The notes: generated from the letters alone by a model not told the origin. Positions 1 to 13,687 are shown, counted from the stretch's first letter. The stretch is 64,000 nucleotides of DNA from Malacoraja senta (GCA_038087875.1 CM075994.1:3226001-3290000), one strand, 5' to 3'. Made by a program: numbers and translations.

Positions 1-87
1 TAACACGATTGATATTACAAAATGGCGATGGAGTATGTGTTAACGAAATCCCAAAAAGACAAATAAAGTAAATATGTTTAATATTCT

Positions 88-1797
88 TCGGTGGAACATC
101 AATGGCAGGAATTTGTGGGCATAATCCAGAAGGTGCAGGATCATTTCATTCCAAACAGGAAGTACGATACAAAGGGGACTTAGAGGCAACCGTGGCTGTC
201 AAGAGAAGTTAGGGATGGTTGGAGTAAAACTAAAAGAAAAGTTGTATAACATAACTGAGAGTTTCGGGAAGCCAGAGGATTGGGAAACGTTCAAGGCCAA
301 CAGAAGGAACAAAAAGAGCAATACGGGGTGAAAAGATGAAGTACGAGAGTAAGCTGGCCAAGAATATATAGAAGGATTGTAAACGCTTCTTCATGTAGGT
401 TAAGAGAGGAAGATTAGTAAGGACAATGTGCGTACCCTAAAGGCAGAAAGAGGTGAAGAAATTATGGGGAACAAGTTAATGACAGAAGAGTTGAACAGGC
501 ACTTTGGTTCTGTCTTCACAGAAGGAAGACACAGACAATCTCCCAGATGTACTAGAAGGGAACGGAAATAAATTTGCATTAGCCAAGAAGTAGTAACGGG
601 TAGACTGATGAGACTGAAGGCTGATGAATTTCCATGGCCTGATGGTCTGCATCCCAGGGTACTGCAGGAGGTGACTCTCGCAATCGTGGACGCATTGGTG
701 ATAATTTTCCAATATCCTATAGATTCAGGATCAGTTCCGGTGAGTTGGAGGGTAACTAATGTTAACCCATTTTCAAGAAAGGAGCGAGAGAGAAAACGAT
801 AAATTATAGACCAGCTAGCCTGATATCAGTGGTGGGGCAGATGCTGGAGTTATTTGTTGAAGAACTAATAACGGCGCATTTGATTAGCAGTAAAAGGATT
901 GGACCAATTCAGCATGGATTTATGGGGGAAATCCTGTTTCACTAATCTTCTGGAATTTGTTGCAGATGCAGTGTAGTATAGATGAATGTGGGGTTATCCA
1001 CTTTGGCGGCATGAACAAGGAGGCAGATAATTATCTCAATGGTGTCAGATTAGGAAAAGGGGAAGTGCAACGAGACCTGGGTGTCCGCGTGCACCTGTCA
1101 TTGAATGTCTACATGCAGGTACAGCAGGCAGTGAAGAAAGCTGATGGCATATTGCTCTTTATAATGAGAGGATGTATGTATTGGAGTAAATAGGTCCTTC
1201 TGCAGTTGTACAAGACTCTGGTGAGACCACATCGGGAGTATTGCCTGTAGTTTTGGTCTCCTCATTTGAATACGAACATTCTTATTATTATTATTATTCT
1301 TGCTATTGGGGCAGTGCAGTGTAGGTTCACGAGGGTAATCCCCGAGATGGCGGGACTGTCATATGATGAAAGATTGGAATGTATGGGCATTTATACAATG
1401 GAATTTACAAGGATGAGCGGGGATCTTACAGAAAAATACAAAATTATAAAAGGACACGACAAGCCAGGTGCAGGAAAATGTCCCCAATGTTCGCGCACTC
1501 CAGAACCAGGGGGCCGCAGTCCAAGAATAAAGGGGAGGCCATTTAAAACTGAGACGATGAAAAACGTTTTAACCCAGAGAGTTGTAAATTCTCTGCCACA
1601 GAAGGCAGTAGAGCCAATTCACTAGATTAATTTAAAAGATAGTTGGTTAGAGCTCAGGAGGCTAGCGGAATCAATTGATATGGGGAGAAAGCGGGCACGG
1701 GTTACTGATTGTGGATGATCAGCCATGAACACAATGCTTGCTCGAAGAGCCAAATGCCCCCCCCCCCCTGCACTTATTTTCTATGTTTCTATGTTTC
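88..1797 (+). mobile_element. CR1 LINE, decayed 3' portion with internal deletion near 958
   Basis: Fragmentary CR1 ORF2 peptides (KADEFPWPDGLHPRVL, IHFGGMNKEADNY, RFTRVIPEMAGLSYDERL); TTTCTATG-type tail. Confidence 0.9.
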
Positions 1798-2504
1798 AAT
1801 ATCAAATCCTTAGATTTAACGTATTAAAATGAAATTAGAGGAAGAAATGTGTCAGCATTTCAAGTTCTTTCTGTTCTCCATTTGCAACAGAAGAGAAGTG
1901 ACCATGAATGTTACCGTTCATCCTTTGATACAGTTAATACATTACTTCCTGGCAAATGCGAACCTTTTACGTCAAATATGTTGCAAATTAGATTCGTATC
2001 AGATGAATCACTTCAGTGGAATTTGTTGCTGACATGAGTGTTGAATTGCAGTTGTGAATATTATCACTATTATACAGATTGCTCGCGATTTTCAAACGAA
2101 GTTCATTGGAAGAATGAGGTATCTTTATTTACGTTTCCAGTTATAATTCTTACCGCTGAAACAGACGTGATAATTTACGCTGGTACAAATACAATGCATT
2201 ATGTAAGCGACATTACTGTCCTATACTTTTGTTATGATCAGCATAAGGGCTGTTTCGCGGAATTATCTTTGTCTCAGAATTGTTCTACTCCGCGGGAGTT
2301 TATAATTTCAACGCATGTTTCCACTGATTAATCTCTTAATAAAGATAAAGAAGAGGAATAACAGTGTTGCAGTCTCTTTGCTTCGAGTGCATATGTTTAA
2401 AATATAGCCTAGAAAATGTACCTTTCCATTTACTCCTACAAAAACCCACTCGCACGAACACAACATTTCTTCATCTCCTTTTAGTTTATATACTTGCGAA
2501 GTTT

Positions 2505-2815
2505 CGTTTACTTTAGTTTAATTTAGGGATACAGCGCAGAAACGGAGCCTATGGCCCTCCTGCTCCGCGCCGACCAGCGATCCCGCACACTAACGCTATC
2601 CTACGCCCTCAATAGGCAGTTCACAATTATACCAAGCCAATTAGCCAACCAACGTGTACGACTGAAGTGGAGGAGGAATGCATATCCCGAAGAAACCACA
2701 CGCGGGTCACGGGGAGAACGTACGAACTCCGTGCAGGAAACACCCGTAGTCAGGATCCAAACGGGGTCTCTGGCGCTGGAAAGCAGCAATTCTACCGCTG
2801 CGTCATCGTGTCGCC
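2505..2815 (-). mobile_element. tRNA-derived SINE (HE1/V-SINE-like)
   Basis: Reverse-complement similarity to the + strand SINE at 23229-23539; (CTAAA)n-type tail. Confidence 0.8.
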
Positions 2816-2898
2816 TATTCACTAAAAAATGCAAACTGATGAAGAGATCCATAACATCTCCATTATAACGGCAAAAACACATTTTCATTTCTACACAG

Positions 2899-3018
2899 CA
2901 ATGGCAGCACCGTCGGATCAATATATCAGCAAAGAAGCAGAAGATGGCGATCAAAATAATGTAGTAGAGCAACACGTTCGAGAAGAAGAAATAAACTTCA
3001 AATCCATTAATACAAAAG
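2899..3018 (+). CDS. Exon (120 nt) of microexon coiled-coil gene: MAAPSDQYISKEAEDGDQNNVVEQHVREEEINFKSINTK; ATG at 2901 may be the start
   Basis: Acceptor ttttcatttctacacag, donor aaag|gtactt; only the phase-1 frame is open. Confidence 0.6.
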
Positions 3019-3620
3019 GTACTTGAGTGAGTAGAGGATTAACTACTATTTGTTGCTTAATATTTTTCGTGCAATATTTTTTCAAAGCATCAGTTGCAAT
3101 TCCTATTTTAACATATTTTATTAATAACGTCTCGAGATTTTGGAAATAATAATCAAATAGTGTTCATCAAATCAACATAAAGAAGCAGGTTCTTAAAAAA
3201 ATAACTTGACCCGGAGTCCATAGAGCAATGTCTCGAGTTGTCTCATTTTGCAATGATAATTTGAACAGCGTGCGAAAAGCCAGTGATGAAAGATGAAAGG
3301 CCCAACTGTACCTCATGAATACACCTCTATTTACATAGTAAATGAGCATATAGAGTGAATATAAAAACGACATTATCATACCCACCTCCCAACTTGAATT
3401 CTCTGATGCGCTTCTGATTTCAAGAATGCTTACTTTAACGTATGATGTTCATCGTGAGATTTGTTTTCAGTTTTTCATCTTCATCCACCAAATAGATCAA
3501 GCGCAATTATACCCAATGGTGATTCTATGCAAGAATTCCCTCTGTACAAAATGCTCCCAATGTTTAGTTGTCAATGTACATTCAGTGCATCATAGTACAT
3601 AACTAGAAGCATGATGTTCG

Positions 3621-4264
3621 TTTTGGAGAAGGATTAGCTTCAATGCTACTTGCGAGAACGTCAAGAAAAATTATTGGCTTTTTTTTACTTTGATGGATTT
3701 TGTCCTCACATCTTAACGTCGATTTAACAAACTTGATTAATGATATCGATTTAGAGTTGATGCTTCACCAACAGTAGCATACGCCAAAGCAGCGAAGAGA
3801 TGTCAACATTAACTTACTAATCCTTAATCAATCACATAGTTGAAACGTCTATTTCAGAAAACCGGAATCAAGAAGACATGTGTCTTCTTGAACATAATTT
3901 ATGCCGATCAGCTTTCCTTAACGATTAAAATACGCATGCTTTTTGGAGAAGGATTAGCTTCAATGATACTTCCGAGAACGTCAAGAAAAATAATAGGCTT
4001 TTTTTGTTTTACTTTGATGGATTTTGTCCTCACATCTTAACGTCGATTTAACAAACTTGATTAATGATATCGATTTAGAGTTGATGCTTCACCAACAGTA
4101 GCATACGCCAAAGCAGCGAAGAGATGTCAACATTAACTTACTAATCCTTAATCAATCACATAGTTGAAACGTCTATTTCCGAAAACCGGAATCAAAAAGA
4201 CATGTGTCTTCTTGAACATAATTTATGTCCATCAGCTTCCCTTAACGATTAAAATACGCATGCT
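3621..4264. repeat. Tandem duplication, two ~320-bp near-identical units
   Basis: Units 3621-3940 and 3941-4264 both start ttttggagaaggattagcttcaatg and end aaaatacgcatgct. Confidence 0.95.
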
Positions 4265-4870
4265 GTAAGATCAGAAAATTCCACTTTGCTTGGAAACTGT
4301 AATCATGTGAAGAGATGGAAAAATAATAACTCTTTTACTTAGAGATTATTCTTCACAACCGACGAAAAGTCTGTTGGCCCATAGCTCATTTTAATTATTT
4401 TGCCAAATTATTTCCTGACCTTCTTAAAATTTCCAGAATTTATTTTCATGTTGTTACCTTTAACTTCTGAATTCGTCTTTTATTAGTGATCGGTTCTTAT
4501 GTGAACAGTCCTGTTATATTCGATTCCAATTCAATTTCCTCGTAAAGTAATACCTTGGTTATGGTGTTCGAATTTTGCCCCAAAAAAATTATTATGTCCT
4601 TGTCGAAGCTCGTTCCTCAAATTCATTGTGCACTTAGTCCCGAGCACGTGAACACGGATGATGCCATAATGCGTAGTCAGCCGTCAGTGCTTTCGTTAAA
4701 TATGTGATTTTGGAGTTTCATTATCTGCTCGGTAACTTCTAAGTTCATACGTTCATAAGTGATATGAGCAGCATTAGGTTATTCTGCCCATTAAGTCTAC
4801 CTGGCAATCCAATCATGGCTGATCTATCTCTTCATCCTAACCCCATTCACCTGCCTTCTCTCCATAACCT

Positions 4871-6232
4871 GTCCCAAAGAAGACCCATCCCACTCACCAC
4901 AATGACTACAGACCAGCAGCGCTCACTTCACATATTATGAAGACATTTGAGAGACTTGTCCTTTCCTACATCAGGACTAGTGTGTCAAATCAAATGGATC
5001 CTTTACAGTTTGCATATCAGCCTAACATCAGTGTCGATGATGCCCTCATTTACATGCTGCAGAGGGTGTACACACATTTGGACACTACTGATGCATCTGT
5101 AAGGATTACATTTTTTGACTTTTCAAGCGCCTTCAACACAATTCAGCCCCGATTGCTAGGGGAGAAGATGGAGAAGATGAAAGTGGATCCATCACTGGTA
5201 CTGTGGTGTTTGGATTACCTTTCCCTCAGACCACAGTACGTGCGCCTACATAACAACAATGTCTCAAGCACCATCTTGAGCAGCACAGGGGCTCCACAAG
5301 GAACTGTGCTGGCCCCATTCCTGTTTACCATCTACACAGCGGATCTCCGATATAACACCAACAGCTGCTTTTTGCAGAAGTTTTCGGATGACACAGCTGT
5401 TGTCGGCCTCATTAAAGGGGGCAATGAGGAGGAGTACAGGGACATAATAAGTAACTTTGTGGAGTGGAGTGCACTCAGTAACCTCCATCTTAACACCACA
5501 AAAACCAAGGAGATAGTTGTGGACTTCAGGAGGGGGAGGAGGAAGACTCAAGCAACACCAATCACCATTAAGGGCACTGAGGTGGAGGTGGTCGCTAACC
5601 ACAGGTACCTTGGTGTGCAGCTTGACAGGGAGCTGGACTGGAAGTGTCATATGGAGGCGGTGTACAGGAAGGGACAAAGCCGACTGTATTTTTTAAGGAG
5701 GCTGAGGGCATTTAACATCTGCCAACCCCTACTGTGCAGTGTCTACCATTCAGTGGTGGCCAGTGCTCTGTTTTTTGCGGTGGCCTGTTGGGGAGATGGC
5801 GCTCGCATAGCGGACAAAAACAGACTGGACAAACTGATCAGGAAGGCCGGCTCAGTGGTCGGGGCTGAGCAACGAACGGTCCAGCAGGTGGCAGAGGCCA
5901 GATCTCTGAAAAAACTGGGTTCTATAATGACCAACCCCACTCACCCACTCCATGCCCTGAAGGTGATCAAGAGCAGCAGCTTCAGTCAGAGACTGATTGC
6001 ACCAATGTGCAAAACGGAGAGACATAGGAAGTCCTGTCTACCAGCTGCGATAAGATTATACAATGCGCATAAATAACTGCACTTTTGTTTTAATTAATTG
6101 TATTTTAACTTGTATTTTAACTTGTATTTTAACTTGTTAAGTATGGAAGCTATTTGTGGTGTTATGTATGTCTTGAAGCTGTCGTGGCATTGTAATTTCC
6201 TGCAAAGGATTATTAAAGGTAAATCTAATCTA
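4871..6232 (+). mobile_element. Rex1/Babar-type LINE, 5'-truncated, uninterrupted 379-aa RT ORF (4937-6076), nested in a minus-strand CR1 3' fragment (~4740-4870 and ~6233-6342)
   Basis: DPLQFAYQ, FFDFSSAFNTIQP, GAPQGTVLAPFLFTIY, KFSDD; aatct-type tail; taacc present at both junctions. Confidence 0.9.
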
Positions 6233-6711
6233 ACCCTTAACACCCGTTCTAATTTAAATTTATTTATCTCTGCCTTCAAAATATCAATTGACTAGGCCCC
6301 TACAACATTTTGTGGCAATTAATTCAACAGATTTACCACCCTTAAAGATAACAACGTAAACATAAAACTCTCATCCTTCCTCAAAACATTTTTTTTTTAC
6401 CCTGTAATCAATGAATAGTTTTTATTTATTGACGCTCGTAAATAAAATTACATTATAGACAACTGCGGTCAAAGACTAGGTGTCGTTATGAAAGATAATT
6501 TTTGAATGCAATACTACCCGATATAGTGATACGAATAATAGTAAATTAATGTTAGCAACCAGATTTATCATTTTGCAATGTGAGCAATGATTGCAATATG
6601 AGCTATTACAAACGCAAATTCGGTATCCTGGCTTTCATTCAATGGATAGAACTATTAAGGCGCTTGGGCACAACATTCAAGTGTCATACGTGACCATTAC
6701 TGATATCGCAG

Positions 6712-6738
6712 ACTTGGTGAACAGATTAAAATATGCAG
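6712..6738 (+). CDS. Microexon 27 nt, (D)LVNRLKYA
   Basis: cgcag|...gcag|gtaaga; phase 1-1; fits the Leu heptad register. Confidence 0.65.
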
Positions 6739-6987
6739 GTAAGATTCAAAGGGAAAGTCACTAATGTAGGGGCATATATTAAAATATTAATGATACGTTC
6801 ATAATATGTTTACATTGCTACGATAACATTTTGTTAAAGTTCCCCGTGTCCATAGGTCGATGTAGCATTCAAGTCATAAGGGAAAACATCCCTGCAGATA
6901 GTCAACTAGCTGCAGACAATGGCAACCGATAGTCTAGCATTGTTTCATAGTAAGATCAATATGAATGCTGCAACGTTTCACATTTAC

Positions 6988-8910
6988 CGGCGGGTGGCGA
7001 CGTACGATGGCAGCTTCGCCAACATTCTGTCTCCTCATTTTCTTTTTTTATGTTTTTGGTCTAGTGTTAAATGCATTTGTCAGTGTATCTTTAGTTTTGT
7101 ATTATGCGGGGGTTGGAGGGGGGCGTAGGGAAAACTTTATTTTCCTCTTTACTTGACGGAGATGCGACTTTTTCCGTATTCCTTCTCAGTTGACAATAGA
7201 CAATGGACAATAGACAATAGGTGCAGGAGAAGACCATTCGGCCCTTCGATCCAGCACCGCCATTCAATGTTATCATGGCTGATCATACACAACCCCGTTC
7301 CTGCCTTCTTCCCATATCCCCTGGCTCCACTATCTTTAAGTGCCCAATCAAACTCTCTCTAACAAGTATCCAGAGAGAGCTGGCCTCTACTGCCCTCTGA
7401 GGCTGAGAATTGCACAGACTCACAACTCTCTGTGTGAAAAAGTGTTTCCTCATATCCGTTCTAAATAGCTTACCCGTTATTCTTGAACTGTGTCCCTGGT
7501 TCTGGACTCCCCCAACATCTGGAAAGGGTTTCCTGGTTCCAGCTTGTCCCAAGCCTTAATAATCTTGTATGTTTCCATAGGGTCCCCTCTCATCCTACTA
7601 AGTTCCAGAGTATACAAGTCCAGCCCCTCCATTCTCTCAGCATATGACAGTCCCGCCGTCCCGGGAATTAACCTTGTGAACCTACATAGCAAGAAGGTCC
7701 TTCCTCAAGTTAGGGGACCAAAACTGCACACAATACTCCAGGAGTGGTCACAATAGGGCCGTATGCAACTGCAGATGTACCTCTTTGCTCCTATGCTCAA
7801 CTCCTCTAGTTATGAATGCCAACACGCTTGCTTTCATTGAATGATGATCAAGGACCCCCAGATCCCATTGTACTCCCTTTTCCCAACTTGACACCATTTA
7901 GGTAATAATCTGCTTTAACTTGTTGCTACCAACGTGGATAATATCACATTAAATTGCGTCTTCCATGCAGCTGCCCAATCACCAAACCTGTCTATGTCAC
8001 CCAGCATTTTCATAGCATCCCCCTCACAGTTCAAACTGCCACCCAGCTTTGTGTCGTCTGCGAATTTGCTACGGTTATTTTGAATCCCATTCATCTAAAT
8101 CTTTGAAATATATTGTAAATAGCTGCGGTCCCAGCACCGGGCCTTGAGGTACCCCACTGGTGACTGCCTGCAATTCTGAAAAGGATCCGTTAATCCCTGC
8201 TCTTTGCTTCCTGTCAGCCGACCAATTTTCTATCCATGTCTGAATTCTACTACCAATACCATGTGCCGTAATTTTGCGCACTAATCTCCTATGTGGGACG
8301 TTATCAAATGATTTCTGAAAGTCCAGGTACAGCATAACCACTGTCTCCCCCTTGTCCATTTTCCTAGTTACACCCTCACAACATTCTAGAAGATTAGTCA
8401 AACATGATTTCCCCTTCGTAAATCCATGCTGACTTGCACCGATCCTGTTACATCTATCCAAATGTGCCGCTATTTCATCTTTTATGATTGACTCCAGCCT
8501 CTTCCCCACCACCGATATTAAGCAAACTGGTCTATAATACCCTGTTTTCTCTCTCCCGCCTTTCTTAGAAAGTGAAAAATCTCCGTCCGCACTGCGGCCT
8601 AACATGGTGGAGATGGCGTTCCCTTTGCCGGGAATTGTCTTCGGGAGCTCTAACGGCAGGAGTCTGCGGACATAACATCGAGGAGCGCGCGGTCCCTTGG
8701 CTAGGTACCGACTTCGGGAACTCCAACCGCAGGATCTTCGATCGCCCAGATCACGTGAGCTCCGTTCGCCCCGACTGCGTATGGTTCGACCGCGGGAGAA
8801 ATAGAGGGAATAAAATAATTCGTGCGCTGTGGTGGATGTTTATGTTAATTGTTATGAAGTTGTGTGTCTTGGTGACCTTTTGGTATGAAGGTGTGACAGT
8901 ATGGCGAATC
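6988..8910 (+). mobile_element. CpG-rich interspersed (SINE-like) repeat split by insertions: ~6988-7187, ~8575-8910, tail at ~13688-13740
   Basis: The pieces flank a CR1 and a DIRS insertion and read as one unit ending in a LINE-like aataaa tail; family not identified. Confidence 0.45.
7188..8572 (-). mobile_element. CR1 LINE, decayed RT region and 3' UTR
   Basis: YRPVCLISVVGK, QHGFTKGKSCLTNL, SGVPQGPVLGPQLF; (AGACAAT)n tail on + strand. Confidence 0.92.
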
Positions 8911-11900
8911 AAATAGTAAGATTAAACGAGAACATACCAGTTTGAAGTTTGATCTTTATTTTATGAGGAGTTACGTTGGTATTACGTGAAAAGGACCAGT
9001 CATGGCGCATGCGCGTCAATCTTCAAAGCAGCGGTGTGAAATCACAGACAACACAATAATTGAAGTAACATATTAAGATGAGCAACATGAGAACTACCAT
9101 ATGACCTTTTTTATGAGAGAGGGTTGGGCGTGGCGGGCACGTAATCACCAACGTAACTCCTCATAAAATAAAGATCAAACTTCAAACTGGTAAGTTCTCG
9201 TTTAATCTTACTATTTTACTTTGGAGTCACGTGAGTGACTACGTGAAGATTTCAAAGCTCTGTGATTTTATGCCGCAGATCCAAATCCCGGCCTCACTGC
9301 ATTGATTGACTTTCGATGAGAAACAATCAATAATGCGTTAAACATGAAATGGTAATATCATGCAATAACAATTGATTTGAATAATCAAAACAAACAGTAA
9401 CCCGTCTATCCCAAGGGAAGTAAACAGGACTTAATACTGAATTTGCAAACAGCCTCTTTCCGATCGGTGATCGGCCGATGGTAAAAATGTTTAAATAATT
9501 CATTTGACCACCCGGCACCTATCAAATATGGCCGCTGTGAACATCCATCGTCCTAGCCGACGACGTTGCTGCTGCACTAGTGGAAAACGGATATATACAC
9601 TTCAGTGTTAATACCTGCCTTAATCAACATTTGATTTAAACCACCTTGAGATAGTCTGTACTGACACTCTCCTGTGTGGCTTCATGTAACTGATAAACAA
9701 TGCTGTTTCCACATTTCTTAAGGTCTTTATAGCTTCAATAAAATGAAAATAAATGTGCCATTACACATAAACATGGATCAGTAGGTTATGCTGAAACTCA
9801 ATTTTAACAAACCTGTGACACCTGGCCTGCTCTGCTTAGGCAGTACGCAATTATATAACATAACTTTCTCTTCAGCAACTTCCATCCTGTCTAGCAGAAG
9901 TTTTTTCAAAATCTACACTTGCTATGCTGAACCAATGCCAAGAGCATAACCACTTTCATGATTAGTTTGGCAAATTCAGAGACATGCCAGGAACCTACTG
10001 TCGAAACATCTTGAGGACCTCACTTACATCCCAGATCGCCATATACCTGGGTTTAGGATATTTAGAGTTGAAATTCCTTTCATCAATCCAGCTATGATAT
10101 GATGAAACTCAATAGGATCTTTCCTGACCCTATCCAAACCATTCGATGACAAAGCACTTAAAGCTGAATTAATGGTGCTATAACTGAGCCCGTCATCAGC
10201 ATAGAGTGTCAACAGGAACTCTAAAATATCCACAATACCTGTAGTATTATAGTCAATATTATTTTGTACACAATATTGCTCCCATTTAAAAAAAAAAATT
10301 TTTTACATAAGTAATATACCCCTTTTGAGTACTCTTTCTGCAGGCTACAGTGAGCATGTCCACCGTAAACCCTGACAGTCCTTGCTCCCGGTATGGCCTT
10401 CTTAAAACCTGCAAATTAACAAGTCAATACAATCACATAACAGATGACTTTCCCGTGTTAGCGGATGCCCCAGTCAATTCCTACGCTTGGGAACTACCAA
10501 AAAGAGGTTGGATCCCTAACTGTAACATCAAAGGGAAACCATGCTTCATTCGGCCAATTAGGTATTACAAGCACCCCCAAAGCGGCATCCGGCTTGATTT
10601 CTTGCAGACTCCGACCTATTAGGCAAAATGGTAGGAAAATATATAAAATATACCACCTCAATGTCAAAGTATTAATTGCAACTGCCACCTGGTCTGGTTC
10701 CCATGAAACCTATTTAGGCATCTGATGGTTGACCTTGATGCAAAACAAATCGATATCTGGCATTCATATACAAGTACTATATTATTGAACACCTCCTTAT
10801 TGAACATTCAATCTATGTTGTCATGGAACTTTCGTGACTTGGCGTCTGCTACTATGTAGAATCTACCTGGTAGATAAATAGCTGAAATGTATTTTCCAAT
10901 GCACCAGGCCCAAATTTGATTAACCAATCTGTGACAAAATACCGACTTGATTCCACCGATGTGATTAATATATATGCCACTTGCGTAGTATTGTCAATCT
11001 GAAACGGAACATGCAGATTACATTTGTTAAAGCAATAAGCCTTGTCTATTAAAACCTCTTAAAAGTTAATTGCCCATCTCTGCAGAAACGATGCATCTTG
11101 CTCAGTCCATCTGCCTCCACGGTTGAAACTCGTATCCGTGACACCCCACCCAAGTGCACTGACATTCATCTGCAAAATCATGGAAGGCTGGTCAAGCATT
11201 GCCTTGCTATAACTCCTGGACACATGGTGAATCCACCATTGCAAATCAGAATAGTCTTTATTGATAACTGCATAGGTATATTATAATGACCGAATGTATC
11301 CTTAATGCCTCAATTAGCTTGATACAGCTGTCAATTAGCTCTACCCTTTTTCCCTGGGCAGAGCACTTAATTGAATCAATTGTGACCCAAATAGTCAGGT
11401 GTTAATTTGGATTTTTCTGGATGGATCAGCAATCAGCGACTGAGCAGCAATTTTAGAGGCAAACGCCCACTGCTTACCCTCATGCATTCAGCATGTGATC
11501 CCGCAACATAGCCATGTTTGGATTCCTGTTTGGAGTTAATTCATACTAACCTTAGACACTCTTTTAGAGTGGGACTTATCGAAGCTGAAACAGGTATCAC
11601 CATCCATCTCCTCCATTTGCTTGTACATGCCTCTGTACCAAGGATGTTGTTCGACTCCATTACCCACAATCCTAGCACATATGAGTGTGGCTCCATCTTC
11701 ATCCACTATACTTCCACGTGGGAGGACTTATGCAACCTGCAACAGGAGCTGCCCCAGGCCTGTGTGCCTGTATTTTAGCACCATCTCGAGTGGGAGTAAT
11801 GGCAGCCTGCAAACAGGTGTTGCTTCAGGCCCATGTGCATACTCCTGTAGCACTCTGTCGACCACTCCACCATTTGAGTTGGAGAGATTTTTGGCAACCC

Positions 11901-13687
11901 TTTACCTCAGGCATGTGTGCATGTATTTTAGCACTATCTCGACCACTGTGGTGCACCAAGTGGGGGGAATGGCAACCCTACAAACAGGTGTTGCTTCAGG
12001 CACATGTGCATCCTCCTGTAGCACTCTCTCGACCACTCCGACCCGTGAGTGGGGGGACTTTTGCAACCCTTTACTAGGTGTTGCTGCCTGACATGCCTTA
12101 CGATGGAGCGTTCTTGAATTGCAACGAGACGCAATGTTGTCTGACATTGATACCCCTGGCTTGGCACTCGCTCTGGGTTGGAGTTATCAGGTGGCTGCCT
12201 ACAGCAGCCGACAGGACTAGCCATGCTATTCGATACTCTGTTGGTATCCTCCTTCCCCAAACAGGCTGCACGTGCTAGCGACTCCAAATCGTGCTCCTTC
12301 CCGAAGCCAACGCCGTCTATAGGGAAGAATTCGAGCGCCTCTGGCCCCGTACATCAGACATAGTGGGAAATGTTGGAACAAACTTAACAATTATTTGTCA
12401 TAGGCAAAGTCATTTATGTGAATGAAGACGCCCATCCCAGTGAAACCTGGGATTAATTTACTTTTAATATGAGTAATCCGGCGTCCTGGTGAAGAAACCT
12501 GCACAGTCCCTTTTAATGAGCAGCAATTACTATGACGCCACCTGGTGTAACTCCCACAGGTGACTGATAATACAGCTCAACAAGGCTTCCCATTTCCTTA
12601 ATTGAGTAAATGATAATCATCTTTCTCGGTATAATAGTCAAAATGTGACCAAGTGGTAACGATAATGTCTACCCTTTGGAACGCTTCCCAAAATTGCGTT
12701 CGTCTTAATTTGGACGGCAACCTGAAACCTCCTCAGAATTAGCAGAAAATGCTACTTTTCCACCTCGACACATAAGGGTGATAAACCACTAATCTCACGT
12801 CCTGAGTTGGGGTTGGAGTCAGCCACACACTGACTCCTTGTGCTCCTCTCCACTGAGGGAATTGGTAAGCAGCCCTGAAACACAGTTACTGCCGCAATCC
12901 CCTGATGTCCTGCCATGATATGGAGCACCATATCAGGATAATGCACGTGTGAGGACATACATATATGACAGAGGGGACCCTCCTGGCCAGGCTCCACATG
13001 GCTTACCTCATATGGGCTGCCGATGTCGGGGTCCTCAATGAGTCGGGTAATAACCCCGACGACCACGCTCAGTCTACACCCCGAACACCCTCGGGAGTCG
13101 CTGACCTACTGTCAGCGACTCTAACAAGAAATCCGACGGCCACCGGCTCCTCACTTTACCGCGGACCGTAGCCAGTATCCCCGCGGTCCAGAGAACCCCG
13201 CGGCCCATATTTAAAACATATCTCTGGAGTCGCTGACCTGCCTGTCAGCGACTCGAAATAACAAGCTCAACAGCCACCTCTATCGTGGCGGTCGCTTGCA
13301 TAACCCGCGGTCTACAAAAACCGGCGGCCCGAATTAAACCTCGGGAGTCGCGGACCGTTCTGTCCGCGACTCAACCAGCAAAACCCACCGGCAGCCTGCT
13401 ACCGCACTCCCGCGGTCCAAAGCCGACATCCCCGCGGTCCACAATTTCTCCGCGGTCCACCGGGTTTTGCTGAATTTTTCCCATGTCCAGCAGGAACCTG
13501 AGAAAATGATTCCTGCTATGGACAACCTGAAAAGTAAGTTTAAACTTACCTGCAGGATTTTTCAAACTTACCGCTGGAGAACTGTGTTCCTCCCAGCCTG
13601 TCTGCGCCAATGCGAACGACGTAACGACGCGCATGCGCCCTGACGGGTCTTCTTCACGTAGTCACTCACGTGACTCCAAAGTAAAAT
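8911..13687 (-). mobile_element. DIRS1-like tyrosine-recombinase retrotransposon; termini and ICR intact, ORFs decayed
   Basis: 9138-9215 is the reverse complement of 8911-8988, and 9213-9249 of 13651-13687. ITR similarity 8984-9018 vs 13625-13660. Remnants: LSYSTINSALSALS (YR N-terminal), SALGWG and QIDNTT (RNase H), VIPNWPNEAWF, LLIHPEKS. Confidence 0.9.

Noticed and set aside
1849..2037. ORF with a CUB-like phrase SNMLQIRFVSDES after a good acceptor at 1890
   Set aside because: No convincing donor, ends in a stop, and other CUB motifs are absent; could be UTR or chance.
6459..6479. Possible 21-nt phase-1 exon (D)NCGQRL
   Set aside because: Weak acceptor and donor (gtgtcg); not needed for the register.
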